Source: Alphaproteobacteria bacterium (GTDB taxonomy: Bacteria > Pseudomonadota > Alphaproteobacteria > JAAXGF01). From it: a stretch of 64,000 nucleotides of DNA. The translations under genes and the position numbers were made by a program. Below, piece by piece: positions 28,736 to 38,444 of the stretch. The stretch spans positions 2,080,001-2,144,000 of the forward strand of contig CAUVXB020000001.1 of assembly GCA_963555825.3 (NCBI GenBank), given 5' to 3'. The first letter of the stretch is position 1. Every line of letters starts with the position of its first letter. The notes beneath the pieces were generated by a model, which worked only from the letters and a program-made list of their open reading frames with translations, was not told the DNA's origin and made no database searches.

Positions 28736-28858
28736 TCCGCCGCCATTCGGGCCGTCCGGCCCGATTTCGTGATCAATCGGATCCATCCGGCCGACACGCG
28801 GGTCGGCATTGATCCGTTCGCCGCCAGAGCGGCGCAGTGAAAAGGCCGAACATCGCAA

Positions 28859-28890
28859 TAAAAAGGCCGCCGGAAGTTGCCCGGCGGCCT
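28859..28890 (-). terminator. Rho-independent terminator downstream of the cytochrome c gene
   Basis: AGGCCGCCGG/CCGGCGGCCT stem followed by a T-run on the minus strand. Confidence 0.7.
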
Positions 28891-28915
28891 GTCGACTCGT
28901 TCGCCCGGATCGGCG

Positions 28916-29344
28916 CTACTGCGCGTTCTCCTTGAAATAGGCGACCAGATTGTCGACGTCCTCGTCCTTCTTGAGGCCCGGGAACGCCATCTTGGTCTTC
29001 GCTTTTTTCTTGTCGATGAAACTGCCGATAAACTTCTTGGTGCCGTCCTTCTTCCTGATGTAGCTGGCTAGGGTCTCCTCGCTCCAGACCAAGCCGGCCT
29101 CGCCGGCGGCAACCATGTCCTTGGAATACTTCGTGTAACCGTCCGCCGTCCCCGCCTGCCGGCCGAACAATGCCCAGAGGTTCGGGCCGATCTTGTGCTT
29201 GCCGCCTTCGTCGACGGTGTGGCAGGCCTTGCATTTCTTGAATACTTTCGCACCCGCTTCGGCGTCGCCTTCGGCCAACGCGGGCGAACCGGCGAAGGCG
29301 AACGCTGATACCAGGGCGATGCCGAGCAGTTTGGCCGTTCTCAT
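28916..29344 (-). CDS. Cytochrome c2-like class I cytochrome c
   Basis: Signal peptide; [12 protein letters not shown]; GPNL; TKMAFPGLK distal Met. Confidence 0.93.
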   Translation of the reverse strand: MRTAKLLGIALVSAFAFAGSPALAEGDAEAGAKVFKKCKACHTVDEGGKHKIGPNLWALFGRQAGTADGYTKYSKDMVAAGEAGLVWSEETLASYIRKKDGTKKFIGSFIDKKKAKTKMAFPGLKKDEDVDNLVAYFKENAQ

Positions 29345-29433
29345 CAAACGTCTCCTGAAAATTCGAAATTCGGTGGCATTATCTACATTTTCGGCGCGCG
29401 GCATAGCGGTTTCAACCGGCCCCGCGTGACTCA

Positions 29434-30608
29434 TACCAGTGAGCCTATGAAATCACCTTCATGATCCATGGATAGGCGCAGAGGGTTCGCATACGATCCG
29501 GTTCTGCGATGAGGTCGATCCATGCTTGGCAACAGGCGTCGATGATGGCCTCGGTGTCGTCGAGGACGCGGAGCGATAGGAAGCGTTCGCGTAGGTAGAG
29601 CCAAACCCGCTCGACGGGGTTGAGTTCGGGACTGTAAGGCGGCAACAGCGCCAAGGTGACGTTGTCGGGGACGGTGAGGGCGCGCTCGTCGTGCCAACCG
29701 GCGCCGTCGCACATCATGACGGCGTGCGCATCCTGGTCCAGGGTATCGGCGAAGTGTGCGAGAAACAGGTCCATGACCTTGGCGTTGACGCTCGGCATCA
29801 CCAGGGTGACGTCGTCGCCGGTGTCCGGGCGCACGGCGGAGAAGATGTAGGCCCACTGGTAGCCGATTTGACGCGTCCCGGGGGCACGCTCGCCCCTGCG
29901 CCACCACCGGTGACACACCCGGCCCTTGTTGCCGACGCGCGCTTCATCCTGAAACCACAGCTGTAGGCGCTTGTCGGGATGCGCCGCGGCGGTCGCCTTC
30001 AGGATGTCGCGAAGCCCCCTTTTTTGAAGCGCTCCTGCGCTTCGGCGTCCCTTCGCGGGTGGCTCGGGCGCGCCTTCTGGCGGGAAAATCCCATCCGCCG
30101 TAGAACCCGGGTCATGCTCGAGGGGTGGTAGGTCTTGGCGAAGCGCTCCTCCAGCCAGCGGCACAGATCGGCCCGGGTCCAGGCGCAAACCCCGTCGCGC
30201 TCAGGCTCCGGCCCGGCGATGATGACCGCCGCCAGCGCCGCTTCCTCGTCTGCCGTCAGCCGCCGCGGCGAGTAGCCCTTTGGACGGTCGTGAAGCCCCT
30301 CCAATCCCTTTGCATTGTAACGAACAACCGCGTCGCGAAGCGTTTGGCGATCCATCCCCGCAAGCCGCGCGGCATCAGCCCGGGGCATCTCCTCCAAAGC
30401 ATTCGCGATCCCATAGGCCCGCGCCGCCGCTCGACCGTACGATTCCACGCGAGCCCAGCGCCGAAGCTCCAAAGGCGTCAAATCATCCCGTATCTTGAGT
30501 GCTGATCCCATGACATCCCCCACATCTGGTGGGAGACCATAGAATCACAATCCGCCATCATCCGCCATCAATGAATATCCCGAGAGTCAATTCAGGCGCT
30601 CACTGGTA
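29434..30608 (-). mobile_element. IS630-family insertion sequence
   Basis: Inverted repeats TACCAGTGAGC...GCTCACTGGTA; two ORFs joined at a slippery AAAAAAGGGGG (30015-30025). Confidence 0.9.
29445..30511 (-). CDS. IS630 transposase (orfA 29999-30511 plus orfB, probable -1 frameshift)
   Basis: HTH orfA; FQDEAR, DGAGWH and [15 protein letters not shown] motifs in orfB. Confidence 0.88.
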
Positions 30609-30621
30609 TCAGGCCAATTCA

Positions 30622-31116
30622 TCAGCAGTTTACACAAGCCGCGACGGGCAGGCCGCGGTTGAGCCAGCCAGGGCCGTGCGCCGAGCCGATCATGCCTTCC
30701 GAGATGCTGTAGACCGTCGAGAAACCGCTTCTTTCGAGCAGTCCTTGCGCATAGGCGGAGCGGTTGCCGCGCGCGCAGATCAAGGCGATGGGGGTCGATT
30801 TGTCATTGCCGACCGCCGCCAGAACGTCGTCGACGAAGGTCGGATTCGCGACGCCCCATTCGGGCAGCAATGCGACCTCGCGCGCGCCTTCGGGCACGCC
30901 GGTCTGGGTCCATTCCTCGATCGTGCGCACATCGACGATGACGAGTTCGCCCGAGCTTGCCAACGCGTGTGCACGTGGCGCGTCGATGACCTCGCCGCCG
31001 GCCAGCGCGGCCGACGCGACGATCGTCCATACCGCCTACCCGGCGACGAGGCATCGCCTCGCCGCCGGGTAGGCGCCGCCGGTCTTCGGAATAGCTGCGT
31101 CGGCCGTGGCTCGCAT
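30622..31116 (-). pseudogene. Secreted rhodanese-domain protein with in-frame TAG in the signal peptide
   Basis: GAGG RBS and ATG at 31116; TAG at 31036-31038; then AALA-GGEVID...VDVRTIEEW, ICARGNRS, GWL rhodanese motifs. Confidence 0.72.
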
Positions 31117-31135
31117 CGCCCCTCGTGGGTCGCGT

Positions 31136-32455
31136 TTAGAACGACGCGCGGTACTCATCGGGCAGGAACATCAGCGAATCGGTGTCCTCGGCCGCGATAT
31201 GGCAACCGATACAGAACGCGACGTTCTTCGAGCCGGCGCCGTTCGTCGTGCCGATGACCTTACCGCTCGGCAAGACCAGCGTATAACGCCAGTTGCCGCT
31301 GTCGGCGTTGAAGTTGGCCGGCATCTTCTCCATGACGAACAGCGGTCCGGCCGATATCTTGCCGCCGCGGACGACGAAGCTGTCCTTGGCGAGGACCGCA
31401 CCGGCCGGCAGCCGGCCGACATCCTCGTACTTGCCGTACGTCTTCGCCTTCCTGTTGCCGTAATTCTGGACGAAACGGCCGCCATGCGTGTCCGACACAT
31501 AGGCACGCGTGCTGAACTGCATCCAGCCCTGATAGTCGGCCGCGACGGCGAGGCCCGTCGCCGACATCAGCTTTGACTTGGCGTAACCCGCCCCCATGGC
31601 GCCCTTCGCGCAATCATACGCCGCCAACGCCTCGGCGTCGGTCAGCTCGACTTCGGCCGCCGCCGCGCCACAGGGAGCACACGGATTGCACGCGCCGCAG
31701 GGATTGCACGGATTGCAGGCCGACGCCGCGCAGGGATTGCACGGATTGCAGGCGGCGGCCGCGCAGGGGTTACACGGATTGCATGCCGACGCCGCACAAG
31801 GGTTGCACGGGTTGCAGGCGGCGGCCGCGCAGGGATTGCACGGGTTGCAGGCGGCTGCCGCACAGGGATTGCACGGGTTGCACGCCGAGGCGGCACAGGG
31901 GTTACACGGATTGCAGGCGGCGGCCGCGCAGGGATTGCAGGCCGACGCCGTCACCAGGCGGGGAACCACGCAATGGGTCGTGCCACCGGCCGCAGCCGCG
32001 CAAGGATTGCACGGGTTACAGGCGGCTGCCGCGCAGGGGTTACACGGATTGCATGCCGACGCCGCACAAGGGTTGCACGGGTTGCAGGCGGCGGCCGCGC
32101 AGGGATTGCAGGCCGAGGCCGCGCAGGGATTGCACGGGTTGCAAGCCGCCGCCGCACACGGATTGCAGGCCGAGGCCGCGCAGGGATTGCACGGGTTGCA
32201 GGCCGAAGCCGCACACGGGTTACACGGGTTGCAGGCCGATGCCGCACATGGGTTGCAGGGGTTGCAGGGGTTGCAGGGGTTGCAGGGGTTGGCCGCCGCG
32301 CAGGGATTGCACGGCGTGCATGACGCGGCAATCTGCAGGAGCGATCCGCTTGCGCTGGCGGCGCGCGGACTACAGGGCATCGACGTCAGGCCGACGCCGA
32401 TGCCCACCACGAACGGGATGACGGTGCTCGAAAGCATCCGGTTGTGAAACGACAT
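31136..32455 (-). CDS. Secreted Cys-rich (NPC)n repeat protein with C-terminal cytochrome P460-family domain
   Basis: GAGG RBS; hydrophobic N-terminus; two CNPC repeat blocks; [25 protein letters not shown] and C-terminal CIGCH heme motif. Confidence 0.85.
   Translation of the reverse strand: MSFHNRMLSSTVIPFVVGIGVGLTSMPCSPRAASASGSLLQIAASCTPCNPCAAANPCNPCNPCNPCNPCAASACNPCNPCAASACNPCNPCAASACNPCAAAACNPCNPCAASACNPCAAAACNPCNPCAASACNPCNPCAAAACNPCNPCAAAAGGTTHCVVPRLVTASACNPCAAAACNPCNPCAASACNPCNPCAAAACNPCNPCAAAACNPCNPCAASACNPCNPCAAAACNPCNPCAASACNPCNPCGACNPCAPCGAAAAEVELTDAEALAAYDCAKGAMGAGYAKSKLMSATGLAVAADYQGWMQFSTRAYVSDTHGGRFVQNYGNRKAKTYGKYEDVGRLPAGAVLAKDSFVVRGGKISAGPLFVMEKMPANFNADSGNWRYTLVLPSGKVIGTTNGAGSKNVAFCIGCHIAAEDTDSLMFLPDEYRASF
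31670..32320 (-). repeat. Coding tandem repeats ([11 protein letters not shown])n
   Basis: About 36 NPC triplets by hand count, with synonymous codon variation; identical 83-bp blocks at 31758-31840 and 32028-32110. Confidence 0.95.
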
Positions 32456-32642
32456 GGTCGGTATACCTCGCCTCTTCTTGTCATTGGCCGAGAAACCTCG
32501 CGACAGAGAATAGGGGTAAGACATGCGGCGACAAAGCCGCTTGGCGCCTTCCTCACCATATTGTGACTGCCCTTGAGCCGCGTCGCGGCGGTCGCCAATC
32601 ACCGCTTGACGAAGACCGTCGCGGCCATGCCATTGTCGGGCG

Positions 32643-33512
32643 GTGACACGCATTGCCGCATCGTTGTTCCTGATTCTCGCCATCGCCGTCGGTGGCCGGG
32701 CCATGGCCGGTGGCGTCGACCACGCGCCCGAGCTCGTCATCATCCCGGCGGGATCCTTTATCGCCGGCTCGGACGCGGCCGAACGCGAGGCCGGCTATCG
32801 GCTCGACGAGGCGGCATACGGGCACAGCGTCACCCGACAACAGCGCTGGTACGCCAGCGAACGACCGCGCGGCGCTGCCGAGACCGACGCCTACGCCATC
32901 ACGAAGACGCTGATCACCAATGCCCAATACGCCGCGTTCGTCGCCGCGACGGGCCATCGCGCGCCCGATGTCGATGCCGAGACCTGGAAGGGTTACCGCC
33001 TGGTCCACCCCTATGAACGGACGCGCCGCCACGCCTGGACCGGCGGCCAGCCGCCGCCGGGACACCGCGATCACCCCGTCGTGCTGGTGTCGCACGCCGA
33101 CGCCACCGCCTATGCCGCCTGGCTCGGCGAAGTGACCGGCCTTGTCTGGCGTCTGCCGACCGAACTCGAGTGGGAAAAAGCCGCGCGCGGCGCCGATGGA
33201 CGGCGCTTTCCCTGGGGTGATGATTTCGACCCGACGCGCCTGAACAGCCACGATCTCGGGCCCTTCACGACGACGCCGGTCGGCGCCTTCCCAACCGGCG
33301 CCAGCCCGTACGGTGTGCTGGACGCCGCCGGCCAGGTCTTCGAGTGGACGTCGACGCCCGCCAACAGCGGGCGCTATATCGTCAAGGGTGGCTCGTGGGA
33401 CGACAAGGGCTGTGGCGTGTGCCGCGCCGCGGCGCGCCATTCGCGGCCCGCCGCGCTCAAGCATATACTCATCGGCTTCAGGCTCGCCGCCGACGCCATC
33501 GCGTCCGACTGA
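32643..33512 (+). CDS. Secreted FGE-sulfatase (SUMF1/EgtB/PvdO) domain protein
   Basis: [45 protein letters not shown] and IGFRLA motifs. Confidence 0.9.
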   Translation: MTRIAASLFLILAIAVGGRAMAGGVDHAPELVIIPAGSFIAGSDAAEREAGYRLDEAAYGHSVTRQQRWYASERPRGAAETDAYAITKTLITNAQYAAFVAATGHRAPDVDAETWKGYRLVHPYERTRRHAWTGGQPPPGHRDHPVVLVSHADATAYAAWLGEVTGLVWRLPTELEWEKAARGADGRRFPWGDDFDPTRLNSHDLGPFTTTPVGAFPTGASPYGVLDAAGQVFEWTSTPANSGRYIVKGGSWDDKGCGVCRAAARHSRPAALKHILIGFRLAADAIASD

Positions 33513-34082
33513 ACCGCCGCGTCCGGCGCCTCGCGCGCCCAGGTGGGTTCGATCGCATCGTCGCGTTCGACGCCGTGGCCGGCGTCGGCGAAGCGCCCGA
33601 GCGCATCAGGCCGGACCCAACCGACGCGCGCCGTGCCGCGAAGCAGCGTCGCGGCGATGACGCGTCCATGGCCGCCGGTCGCCATGCAGGCGACTTCACG
33701 CGCGACGGGGCTGGCGAAATACGAACCGACGACCAGCCCGACCATCATCAAGGCGACGAGCAGCCAGCTTCCAAAATGATCGGTAAACTTCATGGCAATT
33801 CAAATATGCCGGACGCCCGAAGACTGTCGGGCCTTGCCGGGCCTCAAATTATCACCCCACGCTAAGGCAATTGGTGCCGGCGCCCGCGATCTGTCAATGG
33901 CGGAGCAAAAAGGGACCACCTCGGCGGTGTAAGAAGGGACCGCTTGGCGGCTGCGGGCTTGTCCCCGTAGTCCACGGGAGGGCCCCGCGCGCGACGCGGC
34001 GTGCCCTCAACAGGCTGACGCGGCGGCGCGCGCGGGAGGGACCTGTGGGCCCACGGGGTCAAGCGTGGGCTGGGTGGTCGGT

Positions 34083-34847
34083 TCAGTTAGCAGTCGGGGT
34101 TTGACGCCTGCGGCTCTGGTTGAGCCTGTAGCTGTCACCGTTCATCTCGAGGATGTTGACGTGGTGGGTGAGGCGATCGAGGAGCGCGCCGGTGAGGCGC
34201 TCGGAGCCGAACACCTCGGTCCATTCGTCGAAGGGCAGATTGGTGGTGACCAGGGTCGAGCCCCGCTCGTAGCGTTGGCTGAACACCTCGAACAACAGCT
34301 CGGCGCCGGTCTTCGACAGCGGCACGAAGCCGAGTTCGTCGACGATCAGAAGCTTGTAGGTGGCGAGCTTCTTCTGGAACCTCAGCAGCTGCTTGTCATC
34401 GCGGGCCTCGATGAGTTCGTGGACCAGCGCGGCGGCGGTGATGAAGCCGACCGAGAGGCCCTTCTGGCAGGCCGCCAGGCCGAGACCGAGGGCGATGTGG
34501 GTCTTGCCGGTCCCACTGTTGCCGAGCGCGATGAGGTTCTCGCGGCGCTCGATGTACTCGCAGCGGGCCAGCTCCAGGACCAGCGCCTTGTTGAGCGAGG
34601 GGATGACCTTGAAGTCGAAGCTGTCGAGGCTCTTGACCACGGGGAAGCGCGCCGCCTTGATGCGCCGCTCGACCATGCGGCGCTCGCGGTCGATCAGCTC
34701 GAGCTCGGCGAGTCTCAACAGGTAGCGGACGTGATCGACGCCTTCCGAGGCGCACTGCCGGGCGATCTTGTCGTACTCGCGCAGGAAGGTCGGCAGCTTC
34801 AGCGTCTTGAGGTGGTGGGCGAGCAGCACTTGCGGTGTGTCGGTCAT
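34083..34847 (-). CDS. istB: IS21 helper ATPase IstB
   Basis: GNSGTGKTH, VDELGF and LDRLTHH motifs. Confidence 0.95.
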   Translation of the reverse strand: MTDTPQVLLAHHLKTLKLPTFLREYDKIARQCASEGVDHVRYLLRLAELELIDRERRMVERRIKAARFPVVKSLDSFDFKVIPSLNKALVLELARCEYIERRENLIALGNSGTGKTHIALGLGLAACQKGLSVGFITAAALVHELIEARDDKQLLRFQKKLATYKLLIVDELGFVPLSKTGAELLFEVFSQRYERGSTLVTTNLPFDEWTEVFGSERLTGALLDRLTHHVNILEMNGDSYRLNQSRRRQTPTAN

Positions 34848-36343
34848 GCGCCGAGCCCCGACAGCAGGCTCATGTACGACTTGGCGGACGTCATCGCGAC
34901 CCGGGCGCGCGGCAGATACGGATAGACGTCGAGGTTGAGCCTGGGCGGCCGCCGCTCGATGCGGCACAGTACCAGGTGCTTCACCGCATCAAAGCCGATT
35001 GCGCCGAGCCGCAGGGCGTCGCCGACCGCACCCTCGACCTCCTCGAGCCGGAAGGTCTCCAGTAGACGGAGCACCTGGACGTACTCGCGCTTGCCTGCCT
35101 TGCCCATACGAGCTTCGAGGAGCCGCCGCAGAGTGATGAAGGCCTCGGGCAGGTCCCAGCCCGCCAATGGCGCGGCCTGGTCGAGGGCGCCGATCTTCTG
35201 CTCGATCAAGGGCAGGTAATGCAGCGGGTCGAAGATCAGGTCCTCGCTGTCGTAGGACCGGCGGTGCCGGGCGATCACCTCGGCCCCGCAGCTGATCACC
35301 ACCTCATCGACGTAGCCCCGGATGAGCACCTCACGGTGGCCGTAGGCCACGGGCACGGAATAGTCGTTGCTGCGGTAACGCACCAGCGACAGCGAACTCG
35401 CCCGTCCAGGGCGCTTATCGCAGGCATCATAGGGAGCAGGCGGCAATGGCAAGAGAACTTGACGATCCCGCTCGAGACGCTCGCCGATGGTCTCCTTGTG
35501 GCCCCGCAGCCGCGCCGCCTGGCGCCGGCGGCACTGTTCGGCGAGAGCATCGTTGAGGGCCGCGAAGCTCTCGGCACGCGGGACGGGGACCAGGAAGTTC
35601 CGCCGGATGAAGCCGACCAGTCCCTCGACCTTGCCCTTGTCGTTGCCCTTGCCCGGCCGGCCGAACCTGTCCTCGAACAGATAGTGGGACTGAAGCTCCG
35701 TGAAGACGCGCGTTCGCTGCCGCTTCCCATCGCCCAGGATCCGGGCAACCGCCAGCTTGGTGTTGTCGTACAGGATGGATCGGGGGACGCCGCCGAAGAA
35801 GGCAAACGCCGCGTTGTGGCCATCGCAGAATGCTTCGGTCGTCTCCGCCGGATAGGCCGCAACAAAGCAACCATCACTGTGGGGAAGGTCGAAGGCAAGG
35901 AAGTGGATCTTCCGTAACGCGCCGCCGATCACCGCCATCGCTTCGCCGAAGTCCGCCTGGGCGTGACCGGGGGAATGGGAGAGTGGCACGAACACCTCAC
36001 GCGACCGAAGCCCCTGCTCACGAACGTAGTCCTTCACGATGGTGTAGCCGCCCGTGAAACCGTACTCGTCCCGGAGGCGGTCGAAGATGCGCTTCGCAGT
36101 GTGCCGTTGCTTGCGGTGGCTGGTCCGATCGTCTTCCAAGATCCGATCGATGATTCCCGTGAACGGACCCAGCTTTGGCCGCCTCGGCGGCGCGCTTCGG
36201 CGATACCCTGGCGGCACCGAGAACGACAGCATCTTACGGACCGTCTTGCGGTCTACACCAAACACCCGCGAGGCCTCGCGGGTGCTCATCCCCTCGACAT
36301 GACACGCCCGCCGAACCCGTGCGTACAACTCCACCCGATACAT
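34844..36343 (-). CDS. istA: IS21 transposase IstA
   Basis: AQADFG, ILYDN, KGKVE and YSVP motifs. Confidence 0.95.
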   Translation of the reverse strand: MYRVELYARVRRACHVEGMSTREASRVFGVDRKTVRKMLSFSVPPGYRRSAPPRRPKLGPFTGIIDRILEDDRTSHRKQRHTAKRIFDRLRDEYGFTGGYTIVKDYVREQGLRSREVFVPLSHSPGHAQADFGEAMAVIGGALRKIHFLAFDLPHSDGCFVAAYPAETTEAFCDGHNAAFAFFGGVPRSILYDNTKLAVARILGDGKRQRTRVFTELQSHYLFEDRFGRPGKGNDKGKVEGLVGFIRRNFLVPVPRAESFAALNDALAEQCRRRQAARLRGHKETIGERLERDRQVLLPLPPAPYDACDKRPGRASSLSLVRYRSNDYSVPVAYGHREVLIRGYVDEVVISCGAEVIARHRRSYDSEDLIFDPLHYLPLIEQKIGALDQAAPLAGWDLPEAFITLRRLLEARMGKAGKREYVQVLRLLETFRLEEVEGAVGDALRLGAIGFDAVKHLVLCRIERRPPRLNLDVYPYLPRARVAMTSAKSYMSLLSGLGA

Positions 36344-36778
36344 CCCCCCCGCCTTCCAGTCAGAGCAACCCTGACAGAAGGCTATACGCGGTCCCATTTT
36401 GGTCCGCCGCAGCCGGATCGACCGGCCGCTTCAGTGGGGGATTATTGCTCTGCCGTTCTCAACTCTGTCTTGGTCATTCTCACTTGGTTTCTCCCCTAAC
36501 CTGCTGGAGGGCCGATTTCGCGTCGCCGTGGCTGCTGACTAGAGTGTAGCAGACGGAAGTGCGCGAGGATTGGTTTGGCTGGAGCTAGCCATGAGCCGAC
36601 GTCGAACGCCGATGTTCTGAGATTCAGGTTGCCTAAGTCGGCGTCCGTGCGGACTGCAGACCTTGCAGTGTCACTCGTCGAATGTCTGCACCTAGCCGAC
36701 ATTCGAGCAATCCGCTGCAGGCATCTGAATAGTCCGCTAAACTGCTGATCCTTGCAGATTCCCGTCAGGGGGCGTCCC

Positions 36779-36997
36779 GTGGCCGAAGACAGGGTGGAGC
36801 GCAGGCTGACCACCATCCTCGCTGCCGACGCCGTCGGTTATAGCCGCCTCATGGCTGCCGACGCGGCTGGGACGCTCACGTCTCTCAAGGCAATCCGAAG
36901 AGAGCTTATCGAACCCAAGACCACTGAGCACCCCGGGCGCGTCGTCAAGCCGAACGGCGACGGCGCTCTGATGGAGTTTGGTAGGCGAGTAAACTAA
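36779..36997 (+). pseudogene. N-terminal fragment of a class III adenylate cyclase
   Basis: ERRLTTILAADAVGYSRLM...GRVVKPNGDGALMEF, then a premature stop. Confidence 0.75.
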
Positions 36998-37070
36998 TCG
37001 AACCGAGAACGTTTGCATTGGGGAATCCTTACCCAGTGGCGACCGTGGAATTGGAATAAGAGCTCAGGCG

Positions 37071-38361
37071 ATGAAAACCAACGATGAGATTTACCAACGC
37101 CGGGATGAAAGCGTCGCTCGGGCCATCGCTTACTCGTCAACATTCGTTGCAGCCCGGGCCCAAGGCGGAGAAGTTTGGGATGTCGAGGGCAACCGCTATA
37201 TCGATTTCTGCGGTGGTATTGGATGCCAGAATGTCGGGCATGGTCATCCCAAGGTGATTGCTGCGATTGAAAAGCAGGCCCAAGCATTCACCCATACCTG
37301 CTTTCAGATCAGCCCCTATGAAAGATACGTCCAGCTAGCGGAACGTATGAACGCACTGGCCCCCGGGGATTTCAAAAAGAAGTCATTGTTTTTCTCGACC
37401 GGCGGCGAAGCTGTTGAAAACGCGGTCAAGATTGCGCGATATCACACCCGGCGCCCGGCGCTGATCACATTCACCAACGGCTACCATGGTCGTTCTTATA
37501 TGGGGATGGGCCTGAGTGCCCGGATGAACCCGTTCAAAGCTGGGTTTCGACCGTTTCCCACGGAAATTTACCGGATCCCCTTTCCGGATGCCTATCACAG
37601 GATCACACTTGATGACACAAAACGTGCATTCGATACCTTGTTTCGAAGCGATGTCGAACCAACACAGATAGCGGCTGCCTTCTTTGAGCCCGTCCAGGGG
37701 CGGTTACAACATTGCCGAGCCGGCGTTCATCGAATATCTGCGCGCACTTTGCGACGAGCATGGGATCGTCATGGTCGCTGATGAAATTCAGACAGGATTT
37801 GGCCGCGCCGGAAAGATGTTCGCCATGGAGCACTTCGGGGTTGCGCCCGATCTTACCTGTGTCGGGAAAAGCATGGGGGGCGGTCTTCCGTTGTCGGGCA
37901 TTGTCGGCCGGGCCGATATCATCGATAGCGTCCCGCCGGGTGGCCTCGGCGGAACATTCGGCGGCAACCCGGTCGCTTGTGCGGCGGCGCTCGCCGTTCT
38001 CGACGTGATCGAGGAAGAGAGCCTGCTCGAAAAGGGCCTCGAGCTGGGTGCCCATATCGACAAGCGCTTCAGGGAAATGGCCCACAAAAACTCATGCAGT
38101 TGCATCGGCGATGTCCGGGCGCTGGGATGTATGAATGCTATTGAGATTGTTGGCGACCGCGAGACACGCGAACCCGCCGGCGACCTGACATCCGAAATCG
38201 TCAAGATCGCGCTCTCGAATGGGTTGATCCTGGTGACGGCGGGACCGACGCGTAATGTCATCCGCGTGCTCGTTCCGCTGTCCACATCAATGGAACTCGT
38301 CGACGAAGGCATGAGCATCATGGAGGCGTCAATCGGCGAAGCCATGGCGCGACCATCTTGA
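37071..38361 (+). pseudogene. gabT: 4-aminobutyrate aminotransferase, frameshifted near 37700
   Basis: YIDFCGGIG, GEAVENAVKIAR, EPVQG/GY (expected EPVQGEGG broken), DEIQTGFGR and KSMGGG split across two frames. Confidence 0.85.
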
Positions 38362-38444
38362 TGAAGCCTTTTGCGATTGAAGAATTGATTGAAGCCATCC
38401 GCGAAGTGATGCGCACCCGAGGCGGCACGAATGTCTGTTTCGGG

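Larger units (their letters stand above)
33892..36461 (-). mobile_element. IS21-family element, copy 1 (2570 bp)
   Basis: Ends TGAGAACGGCAGAGCAA and TGTCAATGGCGGAGCAA; carries istA and istB. Confidence 0.95.

Noticed and set aside
31036-31038. Pyrrolysine readthrough of the rhodanese TAG, given mttB in the window
   Set aside because: No pyl genes or tRNA were seen, the mttB has no amber codon, and the TAG lies in a signal peptide.
31670-32320. Possible CRISPR array
   Set aside because: Repeats are in-frame 9-33-bp coding units with no unique spacers, and no cas genes are present.
31573-32447. Plus-strand repetitive ORFs (AQGLHGLQ... and RRDCTGC...)
   Set aside because: Antisense shadows of the NPC-repeat gene. 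Only the minus frame has an RBS, a signal peptide and a recognisable heme domain.
33374-33793. 139-aa minus-strand ORF with hydrophobic N-terminus
   Set aside because: It overlaps the FGE gene 3' end by 139 bp and has no recognisable motif. It may be a small degraded gene, but I cannot support it.
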